A stretch of 43,698 nt of DNA from Schmidtea nova (Eukaryota): NCBI GenBank assembly GCA_044892505.1, contig CM097882.1, forward strand, positions 87,172,001 through 87,215,698, in the 5' to 3' direction. The notes under the pieces were generated by a model. It saw only the letters and a program-made list of their open reading frames with translations. It was not told the origin of the DNA and did not search any database. Within the stretch, counting starts at the first letter, position 1; the number at the start of each line of letters is the position of its first letter. Positions 25,160-38,147 of this stretch are shown here, piece after piece. Both the position numbers and the translations under genes were made by a program.

Positions 25160-27330
25160 CACAGATGCCCACAAAAACTAAAATCGATTGAGTAAAATAA
25201 AAACAAGATAAAAAGAATCAGTAAAAACTATATAACCTTTCAAAAGTGCACAATACGATGAGGCAAGAGATTCTACAGAGAAAAGAAGTACAATAATACC
25301 CAAAGATAAACAAACTCACAGTCAGGGGAAAAGAACATATTTCAGAAGCGTTTCAAACAAAGCAGCGTTGAGAATGGTTAGAATTACTAATAGAAGAAGC
25401 TAGAATTGCAAAAGTTAGAATCGCAGAAGAACGTTACAGTAAAAAGAAAGCAGATGACGCTTGTATATTAGAATAACGATTCAGAGAAAAGAAAGAACAA
25501 CTAATGGAAGTACAAGAACAAATTACAACAGAAGAAACTGTAAAAGCAAGAGAAAACGTAAAGAAATCCGAAGGAAATAGATGGAGAACTAACATGATTA
25601 AAAGTCGTTAATCAGAAGTACAAAAGCCAACAATCAAAGAAGCCCGCGAAGCAAAATTCAGGTGGAGTAAATTTAAAGGATTACATGCCCGTGCCAAAGA
25701 AGACCTTTGGAGAAAAATAAAAGAGGAATTACTAAAGGCAGGTATGTTGAAATTGTCGAACTTAAGTAATGGTGTACAAAAGATAGAAAAAAGTATGGAA
25801 ATAAGAAGAAAGGATCCAGTCAAGGATCAATATGCTAAGAAAAGTGGTTAATAACGATCAAGCAGAACAGAACAGAAAAACAATAATTGAAAGCCAAATA
25901 ATCAAAGAAATGGGAAAGATAACGATAGATCAACTCGTCACAAAAAATAACAATAGCTAGCATTCAGCGATAAACGATACGGTAGAAGCCGAAGAGAAGA
26001 AAGAACAAACAGAAAACGCAAAAGAAAAAATCAAAACGAAAAAAAAGAAAAGGAAGAAAACCAACAAGAAACGGAAGAGGAATATGAATATACAATGAAT
26101 GAATGGTGTAGATGTTGCCAAAAACAAGGACTCTTAGAAATTAGTTGTTTCAAAAATAAAATATGCACCAAATGTGGAACAGAAGGACATTGGAAGAAAG
26201 TATGTGGAATTCAAGGATGTTAAATCAAAGAGACTCGTCAGTATGTACAAATGTGTTAATGCGAACAGAGAAAACCTTTAGCGTTCCAGTGTACCAAAAC
26301 AAGAAATCAGACGACAGTAAACAATCAAAATCAGTTAAAGAACGTGAATGAATGGCAAAAAGTTAAAATCAACGATCTGGTAAAACAAGTAAACAATCTC
26401 AGGAGAATACAAAACAACCTGATTTAAGAAAATAAAGGCAAAGAGACGCCGTTGACTAATATATTGTGACTAGCTCTCAATTATCAACAAGAAATCATTG
26501 GACAATCAAAGATAATAGCTTGTTTGAAAAGCAACTCATTTCAGCAATATAAGAAAAAAACCGCCTGGGAGAAAAAGACAATAAAAACATTAATAATTGA
26601 CACCGTGCCACGTCGAAGTCGTAAACAGTATTGAAGCAGAGATAGCTCTCACTCCAAACCATGAGGTGGTAGAGTGAAAATTAAAAGGAAATAAAGAGAA
26701 TAAATTGTAAATAATGAAATTAATTCATCGTATACGTATCAATACGGTATCAATAGTAGTAGTAGAAGTGAAAGAAATGCATATTCCAGTAATAAACAAT
26801 ACTCAATTTATATGTAATTCAAAACAAAAAATGGATCAGGAAATCATCAAGCTCGTCGACTATACAACCCGTAAAGAAATCAAACAATGAACCCCAGCAT
26901 CAAAGAAAGTCAGAACAGAAGAAATATCGATCAGCCCTAATAAAATATTCAAGTCAATCAATACGAAGATTTGAAATCGAAAAGAATACCCATAAAACAA
27001 TACAAAGTAAATCGAAAAACCAAAGATATATCAAATCAGGAGATAACCACATCAAATCAATACAAAAACCTTATTGAACGTCGATATCATCCGTCTATCA
27101 AATCTGAATCAAAGAGACAGTACAAACTCAAAACAACATCGTAAAAAACAGATAATGGTCAATAAAACATAATATACCAGAAAGATGACAATAAAAAGAA
27201 ACGACCTAAACCAAAAGAATTCAATCAAATAGATAGTCAAACTATACACTCGAAATCGAATCCCAAAGAAAAAGAAACAGAGCAAACCGAATGTGAACAA
27301 GATAAACTATTCCAAGTCAAACATTGTATA
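25160..27330 (+). pseudogene. gag: Decayed gag-like relic of a related LTR element, head-to-head with the large element
   Basis: A-rich sense strand with many stops; knuckles WCRCCQKQGLLEISCFKNKICTKCGTEGHWKKVC at 26104-26205 with spacing like the intact gag (GHWQQECFQNVAC). Confidence 0.7.
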
Positions 27331-29279
27331 TCGAAAAATTTGTCATTTAATAACTGAAACATTTCATTGGAATTATATATGTTGTTGACCGGTTACTATA
27401 TTTAAGCACTGCTTGTTATTAACAATTTTGACATTTATCTGTCATTCGAATTTTTATATGTATAAAGTATTATAGTATGTGTATACGATAGTGTTCATGT
27501 AATAAACAGTAGCTTAAATGGTCACGTGTCTTAGTAGATTGCGGGACACAATCTTAACGAGTCCAGGGTGCTGTTGGTCTCGTAGAAGTGAAGTTAAAAT
27601 TTTGTTTTAATACGTCATAAAAAGATACACACAAGAAGAGGAGAATTTAAAGTTCACCATAAAAATAGTGTAAATAGAAGCTGTTAATTTTGATATTCAC
27701 TCTATTAGACAGCATCAACATTATCCATTCTTATGGAATGGTTAGTATACAAAAATAAACAGTAGGTACTTTTTATGTTTTGTTTGATATATTGTAATAT
27801 TGAAACTATTAAGTTTGTAATTATGAAAATATTTGAAGCAATAATTATTGTTTGTTATATATTAATTGTCGATAATGCTCTGCTTCAATTTGATTGTCCT
27901 GATTAAACTGATCTAGGAAGAGCTTTGTCGTCTCACCGGCCTCGACTTCCTGATCGGGTGGAGGATCTTGAACCAAACAGTTGAGTCGAGTCTTCTGACC
28001 ATCGTCATAGTAAATTATATAGATTAGTTAGGGTAAAGAAAATGAATGATTGTAAGTGAGAATTGAACTAGGACGTATAGACAGAATGCTATTCACACAT
28101 TTTTAGGAATAAATAGGTGTAGATGTTAAATGGATAAATTTGGACTAAAGAAAGTCAAAGATGTGAAGTAAGAAGACTTTTAAAGGAAAGAGGGATTATG
28201 AGCGTAATACCTTCTATCGGCAGCAGGAACCCAGAATAGAGAATACAATGTGGAGTAGTTTTGGCGACAAAGCTCACCTGCTCATTGAAATAACTACGGG
28301 TTACCATTTTCATGATGTTGTGTGGGTTACAGTAATCCCTAGCAACAAGCCATACACCAACAAAATTTTTTACAAATACACTTTTTTTATGGGCACATAT
28401 TCCTAACAATATCATTCTAAAATCTGTCTGAATATGAATTTCACTTCTTTGAACAATTGGCAAATTTGATTGAATTTAGTTAGTTTAAATATCAAACCAA
28501 ATTTGAGAGAAAAGAATAAAATTCAATCAATCACATTAATTCATCATCTCCTACGGACTTCCCTTTTGACTTTGACAAGTAATATTCCTGCTTGTCCAAC
28601 CTGACAATTTACCTATTTCTCCACAATGATTGATGAGATTACACTGATGATTAAGGAGATAATTTATTTAATTTCTTCTCTTGCCCTTCCACACGAATCT
28701 CAATTAATTTAAGATTATTTTTTAGGTTTTCAACTTTCACATTGAAAAATATTGATTTTTACCTTTTGAAATTTGAATTAATTTTGCACATTTATCTTCA
28801 ATTTTATGTCTTTGTTTATAACCACAACATCTCTGACAACCTGTCGAGATATGAATCTTCCTCTTGCTTTTGTTTTCGAATTTCCTTTTCTACTTGTTCA
28901 TTAACAATGACCTTTTTCTTAATTGTTTAATTTTGCTGTTATCTTCTCATTTTTTGATCTCACTCCGGCTTCTCAGAATTCCAAACCATTCCATAGATTT
29001 TTGTTATTTAGGTATCCTCAACAATTTCCTCACATAACACAGAAATCAATAAATTATTAAAACCCCTAAAAACGAAAACATTTCATATATTTATTTCATT
29101 TCATTAAATATAGTATAGAAAAAATTACATTGTAAAATTTCCAAAATTAAAATACATTTTTCACTAAATCTATTTCAAATCTGTACAAGATTTTCATAAC
29201 TTTTTGTTGCTGATTTTATTATTATCGTTATTGTTGCTGTTATTACTTCGTTAGGACAAAATACTTTTGATGGCTGTAT

Positions 29280-32200
29280 CTAAATCCGGATCTTCTGATT
29301 GGGTGTTTCCAATGATTTCCCCTCCAGAGGCTGAATCTTGATACTGATTGGCCCATTCGAGGTCTGAACCGGTAGAATCGATACTCTGAAAAAACAATTG
29401 TCATTATCGTCATTGCTATATACATATATTTCTCGGAATCGCCTTACATCTATGGAAATATCTTGGATATCGTAACTGAACAGTGAATCTAAAATATTTT
29501 CTGAGGAGTTTTCTATGAGAACATTATTGTTATCTTCAATCGATTCTTCGAATGGAGTTGTGTTTGGTGTCGGTATCAAGGAATCGGATGATGGGTTGGC
29601 GGTGGCGTAGTTAGTTTGTTGTTGATCTTGTTGGACAGGATTTTCATCGACAAGTACTGGTGGTGAATCGGGAATTTCTATCAGTATCGGACATGCGTTT
29701 CCTTGTTCATTGAACTGCAGCGGAGTAATCCGTATATTGTCATCACTGTTGATGTATAACAATTTTTCCTGTTCAAAAACATCTTTTTCGAGATCGAGAT
29801 GCATTCGTTTAATTATGAGGTTCTCTGAAGCTTTATCACGCTGAAAAATTTAACAATAATTTTAGGTGATGTAATTTAAATTTTAAATCAACCCAAATTA
29901 TATATTTTAAATCGATCCAAATTATATATTTTAAATCAATACATAATTATATATTTTAAATCAATCCAAATTATATATTTTAAATCAATCCAAATTATAT
30001 ATTTTAAATCAATACATAATTATATATTTTAAATCAATCCAAATTATATATTTTAAATCAATACATAATTATATATTTTAAATCAATCCAAATTATATAT
30101 TTTAAATCAATCCAAATTATATATTTTAAATCAATCCAAATTATATATTTTAAATCAATACATAATTATATATTTTAAATCAATCCAAATTATATATTTT
30201 AATTCAATACATAATTATATATTTTAAATCAATCCAAATTATATATTTTAAATCAATCCAAATTATATATTTTAATTCAATACATAATTATATATTTTAA
30301 ATCAATACATAATTATATATTTTAAAATTAATCCAAATTATATATTTTAAATCAATCCAAATTATATATTTTAAATCAATCCAAATTATATATTTTAATT
30401 CAATACATAATTATTTATTTTAAATCAATCCAAATTATATATTTTAAATCAATACATAATTATATATTTTAAATCAATCCAAATTATATATTTTAAATCA
30501 ATACATAATTATATATTTTAAATCAATCCAAATTAAATATTTTAATTCAATACATAATTATATATTTTAATTCAATACATAATTCAAAATAAAATTAACA
30601 AGGAAAAGCATGAAATTATCACCATCATGCTGAAAATGTGACGAAGACATGAGAATTATAGCTTATTTTGAAAGTCTCGGTAATAAATGAAAAAACTTGT
30701 AAGTAACATTTTTTTCAATAAATACTTGTGAATCCAATTCTGGAAAATATTAATTAACAGTGCCAGATTACACTTTAATATAAAAGGATTATATTATATT
30801 TAACATATTAATTAATATATTTAATAATAATAATTATAATATTAATAATAATTATAATAATAATACTCAATAACAATGATAATAATAATAATAAAATAAA
30901 ACAATAAATAATTATAATTATTAACAATAATAATTTAAAATAATTAAATATTAAAAAACTAATATTATTATTATTAATCCACAAAATATTTACCAGTAAC
31001 TCGTTCATTGAAAGAGCAGACGAAATTCGTTTCAGATTGGCACATTTTTTTTGTAATTCACTGAACGCATTTTGAAGAATTTTGTCGACTGAATAAATTA
31101 AATGATCGGTTTAAAATTGTTATCCGGTAATTTTAATTACCATCAGTGTTTTTCTGATCTTTATTTTCATCGAAAATATGATATGGAAGTAATCTCTGAA
31201 CAATATCATTCATATCAGTGAATGGTCTCGTAATATTTGGCTGTAACACCGTACTGTGATCATCTAATAAAACTTTTCGCATATTATTGTATCGTCGAGA
31301 ACGAGCTGGTTTCATTTCATTATTGGCATTGGCATTTGGAAGGAAGTTCAAAACTGGTAAAACATTGTTAGGAGTTTTAAAGTTTCGCTTTTGGCGAATT
31401 AACGTTTCTCTATTAGCGTCTCGCATTGCAGGAGATGATATAATTGATGATTGTGGTGTTATTGGTAGTCGTGCTGTTAAAAATACTCCATTGGAAGTTT
31501 GCGGAATAACTGATAATTAACAGGGTTAAAATAACGATAAAAATCATGTAAAGCCCCATTATGTATAAGGCACAGAACGATTTCTAAGATTTAAATGAGA
31601 TTCTTAAAATAAACTTTAAAAAGATGTTTAAAAATTAAAATCGTACAATGCTTATCTAAGAAAAAAAGTTGATCTCAGAAAAGATGTATTGTGACTTATA
31701 CATAAATGGGCATTATGTACACGATTTATAACAATTTTAGATAATAACAAATTTACAATAAGAAAAAAACAAGTTTATGGATGCAGTCAACAAGGAAATT
31801 ATGTGAAAGAAATATAATAAAATATTTTACACAATACATCATCTTGAAAATCAGAAGATTTTTAGAAAGCTTAAAATTAAACAGACTAGTAAATGAAAGC
31901 GGTGCATGTTTAAGTTTGGAAACTTGAAACTCATTAGTGGTTACCAAAAATGAGGAGGGCTGAAATCGTTAAAAATAAATTATATATTTATATATATATA
32001 TATGTGTGTGATACAATTACTCTAGAATAAACTTAAGAACTATTTGCAGAATCTAATTTTAATTTTGACCGTAAAGAATTTTAGACTATCATGTGTAAAA
32101 CCATGGTATCATTAATAAAAACAAGATTTATTTATTTTGTTGCTTTTCAGTTTCTAGATGTCATACGCTTTTTTACTGATTTTTTTCATATTTCCTAAAA

Positions 32201-35200
32201 AATGTAATCTTCTTGAAATTGATATGATATTGAACATGCGTTTTATATTTGAATTACCTTAAATCCAAAAAAAATTCATTTAAATGTTTTACATCCTATC
32301 CTTGTATGTGTATTATATCCGGAGATGTACGGAATTTTTCTGTTGACTCTAATAAAGGATTTGATAATGAAATTAAATAAATACCGTTGTACGAGCATCC
32401 GTAGCGTTTGTATTTTTAATTTATTTTTAAATCTTTTTGTATTAATATTTTTAAGAGAAATTTAAAAATTACGAAAAAAATAAGCATTATTTAAAAATTG
32501 CGGAAAAAAATGCATTATTTAAAATTACGAAAAAAAATTGCATAAATCAGTAAACGCGAAAATGTTATTCATTAATTAGTAAACGCGAAAATTTTATTCA
32601 TTAATTAGTAAACACGGATTTCATAAATTAGACACGTAAAAATATATTAAAAGAAAATTTAATTTCAGAATGCACTTAAGCGCCTGATTTTTGGTCTTCC
32701 ACGTCCTCTAGGTGGCTGAACATTATCTTTCGTCAGATTTTTCGCACTTAAAGGAAGAATGCTAGTTTCATACGATTGCCAAATTTTCTGATTAAAATAG
32801 TATTCAGAAACAAAGCTATATAAATCTAATCTGAGAAAGTAGATAACTGAGCAAATATAAGATCAAGGAATTCCTAAATGAAAATATTCTTTGCAATCGC
32901 AACTTTTATCTCGAATGTTGACTAGGCCCTTATCATCAACAAGAAAGATATATTCATTAGATCCTTTCAAACTAAGTATTTTTCCCTTTTCTAAATTTTT
33001 CTTCAGTTTCGATTCAGCTACCTTGGTTATTCTTCCTATTAAAACTTCGTTTCTTCTCAAATTCATCATTTCCATAGTGTAATTGGTTATGGAAATTATG
33101 AAATTAGATATATCCATATCTATAAACTTCTTTATTGCAGAATTCATCGATTCAGCTGCATTTGAAATGTTTTTTCCATATCTTCTTTTTGGAAAAATTG
33201 AATTAGCCCATATTTCAATTCCGGCTTTGATTAGAATGTCATAGGATTCCTCATTTATTCTTTGGGGCATTTAAAAATAACGAAAAAATAAGCATTATTT
33301 AAAATTACGAAAAAATTGCATAAATTAGTAAACCCGAAATTTTTTTAACTTATTGCAAAAATTTTCGTGTTTACTAATTAATGCAATTTTTTTTCGTAAT
33401 TTAAATAATGCTTTTTTTTCGCAATTTTTAAACAATGCTTATTTTTTTTCGTAATTTTTAAATGCCCCTATTTTTAAATAATTAATTACAGTAATTTAAT
33501 GTTTGGCGGTAACGGAATACTTTAAATATAATTCTTGATTTATGAGAGATATAAATTAAATTTTATCAGTACATCCCGTGATTTTTCACTGGTTAAAACT
33601 AGTAACCAAATAAACTGTTTTGATAAAATAGAAAGAAGTATATTAAGTTCTTTCTGAAATTGCCTAAAATCCATAGATATTAGAATAATAAACACGACCA
33701 AAGATGATTTATTTTTTGGTTAACGCTAGTTTTTGTTAGTTCTGTATTTTTTCATGAATGAGTTGATAACCTGAAATTTATTTATATACCGTGATTTCGT
33801 TCTGAACATGGTCAAGAATGTATTCGTCCCTCACCGATACGTCGTGAAAAAAGCTAATAATAACTTCTAGTATTCAATTATGTTAATGATTGACGGACCA
33901 TTGTAAATATTATCTGGCGGTTGGGAAACTCTAATTTAGAAACTACTTCTCAATCATGAATTTGAAATACTGAAATTTAACTTATGATATTTTAAGTTTA
34001 AAAATCATTTTTTTCAATTAAAGTATCTTTATTATCATTTACAATTTATTTAAAATTTACTAAGATTGGGAAATAGGATCATAATTATATAATTTCATTA
34101 ATAGAAACAAAATCTGATTTAAAGAAATTGTTCAAAATCGCACTTCAAAAATCAAAACTATTTAACTACTGAAAATGAGTTTAATAGCTTAGACACGACA
34201 CTAATTGTACAAATAAATTCCTTTTTATAAAATTAAAAAATATTGATTATCATTGAAATGTGTACAAATCTGATTATTTTTGGTCTTTTGAAGTAGTTAA
34301 CTCTTTCGGGCATGGCAGGATTAAAAGTGTCCCACATTTTTGTTACTTGAATCTGCATAGTGGGATTAATTAACCTAAATGTATTTTTATTTTTTTTTGT
34401 AGTTTTATTTCTTTATTAATAATAATAAACCAAAATTGTTAAAATTTTAATAAAAAATTATTTTGTGCAACACAGGCTTTTTTATTTGTCAAAATTCCAT
34501 GCCTCAAAGAGTTAAAAGTGAAGATAGCATATTTTTCAACAATACTAGTAGCATTTAATTTAAACAAAATTAATAACATAAACTCAAATTGAAATCAAAA
34601 ATATTAAAGGTCCATTTCATGCTCTCCATAATCCTAAGATGATTTTCACAATTTTAAAGGGCCATTGAAAAATGCTATCAAAAATTAAAATTTTAGGATA
34701 ACTAAAGCAAGCTAATACAAAAACAGACATTTGTCAGCACAGAGCTATCATTGAACCAGGAAAGAAACATACATTAGTATTCAAGTCATGGAACAAAACA
34801 CAATAAAAGCCCCTATTACCGATACAGGTAGCTGCCGAGGTACATGGTACTTAAATAACATAATTTTAATGCATTAATTCTGAGTCTCGACTTACACGGA
34901 TACAACTAGTCGTGTAACTTGAGGGTTACCTGCATTACCAACAATAAATTCACATACTTTTCAACAGAGCTACGCTTAAACGTGTCAAATTCGAAAACCA
35001 ATCCACAAGTTAATAAACAAATAAACATTCACAATTTGTCAATTATAGAAAGCATAATCAGAATATATTCAATAACTAATAAATTATAGAAAAACTTGAT
35101 TTGCAAAAAATATTCATATTTACCGTCAGATGTAAATGTTGAATGCAAATATATTACATGACAACCGATATCATCAAACTGCTACTGATAATGTCAGACA

Positions 35201-37605
35201 TGAGGATATTTATTCGTTATGATTATCTGAATGGCTGGGATGTATTTTGTTTAACAATCCGTTATTGTAGTAATTAATTTAAAGCAGAAATAATCCCCGT
35301 TGTTAATGAACCCAGGCGAGGAAGATTAATTCATATTCACGGGGATAATATATGATTTAATTGTAGATTCTTGGAAAACAATTTCATGTTGAGTAATTTA
35401 TAAAATATAATTACCTAAAACAATATCCAGGAAACAAAATGTGTCAATAAAATTAAATCTCTGGAACTTTATTGCAAAAAGTCTAATAAATTATTTGGAA
35501 AGATTGAGTAATATATTTTAACTTTGTTGCAAACTCGTAATAAACAGGAAACTTATCATATTTGTAATTTATCAATACATTGGGTCACGAAGGAAATGAG
35601 TTTTGAAGTTTTGGATTGCTAGCAATTATCGGTTAAATTATTACCTAAATTCATTTCAAATTAGTTAGTTTTACTTTACTAGAAAGAAGATAGAATTAGG
35701 TTATAATAGAATTGACAACATTTCTACAAATCATAATTTACGCGGAGATTATTTAGAATTATTTAAAGATAGCTTCAAGATTTGTTATGTACACAGTGAG
35801 AATTAGTAACTTTTACTCTGATTTTTAAAGGCAGACATGTAAAATAAACATTTCACTTAATAAAAGATAATTAAACATATTTTTTTAAAAATATTTCCAC
35901 TGAATTCTTTATTTTATATACCTTTTATCGATCAATAAAAAGCAAATGGAAACGAAAAAGCAATTTTAAGTCTGTTATTCTTTTGTTGAAAATGTAATAT
36001 GCATACTATCTTAGAAATAATCAAAATAATGTAAGACTGGGCCGAAAACCACACAAACATATACTTGAAAAAGGGATTTTTTTCATTGTCAAAAACTAAC
36101 TAGACACTTGAGATTTAATTTGTAGAAATTGTACTGCAAATATTTCATTATCTCTCTAGGTACACTTCATCCAAACATCCAAATACGGAACTTTTTTTCA
36201 AGTTAAAGGCTACAATTAAGCATAATGAAACAATAGGAAAAGTAACTAAATAGTGATTAATTGAAAATGTATTGTCTGACAGAGTAAATTTATTTCTCGG
36301 AAGTTTTTGAATGTAATCGACATTCCAATAAATTAATTTCTCAGAATCCAATAACTTTTCAGACAATATCTCAAAACTCGAAACTTAAATTCGGAAATTC
36401 TTTCATGATTGTAATTATTTCCGGTAGATAAAATTTAAAAAAGTAATACAATTCTTTAGTGTACAGAGAATAAGTGAAAAAAATGAGTATTAGGGGCCTC
36501 TAGTGGTAAACCAAGTTCCTCAAAAATATTAGATGCATTTTTAACCACAGAACAGTTATAAAAAATATTTTTTTCTCAGAAATTTAAATATAATTTAATT
36601 CACTTCCTTTTATAAATATGTAATGATAATTGCATAAAAAATATTTTTAAATCAGTAAACTGTCAATGCATGACCTATGATTGCATTAGAATATCAAAAT
36701 TGCTTCTAAAATTTTCACCGCAATTATTCGACAGAAATTTTAATTTGCGATTGAATTAAAATTTCTTTTATTTGATAATTAATGTGTAAAATTCAATTAT
36801 AAAAATATTTTCATGTGTTTCAAAAAAGAAATTTTCAAAAAGTGTTTTCAATGTTTTGATTCTTTTTTTCTAAATCAGGGTGCTGTGAGCTTTGTAAGAT
36901 GAATACATAGTTTCTAAATCGTAAATAACGGGTCAAGGTAAAGATTAAAGATTTTTATGATAATAAAAAAAAGTTATTTTGTTAAATTTTAAAAGAATTG
37001 ACAATATTTGTATGAACGCTTTTAAGATCCTTATTTTGTGATGCGAACAGAATACGAATTTAATAGTGATTCAAAAAGGATTGATAAATTTCAAAAATGG
37101 CTGATGAAACAATGAAACAAAATGTGGCAGGGAATGATGTATAAACTAAGTGGTGTCCTAACTTTGATGCTTTCCAAAAAGAATTAACTAATTAATGAAA
37201 ACATTTTAAAACGAAAATTTGAAAGTCTATTAACGAAAATAGAGATTTATATTGCAATGTCAACTGTAAACTGAAATAAATTTACAGCTGGTTTATGATG
37301 TGTTAACAATGAATTCAGTGGAATTTAAAGATTACTAAAAAATTTGCAATTAATAAATTGTAATCAACATATAGTAAAAATGTCAAATAAACTCGATTAA
37401 TAGCTGTTAAATATCCAATTATGCGGTATTTTGAAAATATTTTTTGTTGTTATTAGATGATAGATTATAAATTAAGAATAATGGCATATAACACGACTCA
37501 GTCTTTATAAAATGTTAATAATGGATTTATAAACTTTTAATTTATGATGAAAAATTAAAATTGTATTATGGTAATGTTTATTAACATAATTAAATAAACT
37601 ATAAT

Positions 37606-37669
<64 letters not shown>

Positions 37670-38116
37670 ACGGTAAATGTACATTACCAGGTAAATGTAT
37701 ATATTTACCGGTAAATGTATACATTAACTGCAAGATTTGGCAAATGTACATTTTTATTACATTTTTTTCGAAATAAAAAAATAAATTCAATATTTTTCAA
37801 ATACAAAACATAAAAAAAATTAAATGTCCTGAAATTAACTCCATCTATATGTTCGAAAAAACAATAATATATTTTTTTGGTAAAATTTGATTTGATATAA
37901 ATGCCCCGAAGCCGATATGTACTTTTCCCGGTACATATACATATTTGTCAATTATTTCTACATTTTACAAGACCTTGATATAATGTATACATTTACCCGT
38001 AAATGTATGTATAACAAACTTTTTCGAAATAGTAAACTTACATTTACCCATTGGTGTGGTCTATGTGTACATTTACCGGCGAATGTGTACATTTAGACAT
38101 TTTGTACATTTACCGT

Positions 38117-38147
<31 letters not shown>

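Noticed and set aside
28278-28338. Exon-like 61-nt segment on the minus strand (TAG|..DYCNPHNIMKMVTRSYFNEQ|GTGAGC)
   Set aside because: Good splice signals but no recognisable protein and no linked exons.
30808-31008. 66-aa Ile/Leu/Asn ORF
   Set aside because: Translation of an intronic (AAT)n tract read through a splice donor.
33264-33270. ATG start of ORF 32863..33270
   Set aside because: The ATG comes from the TIR (ATGCCCC), so this is a truncated transposase fragment and not a gene.
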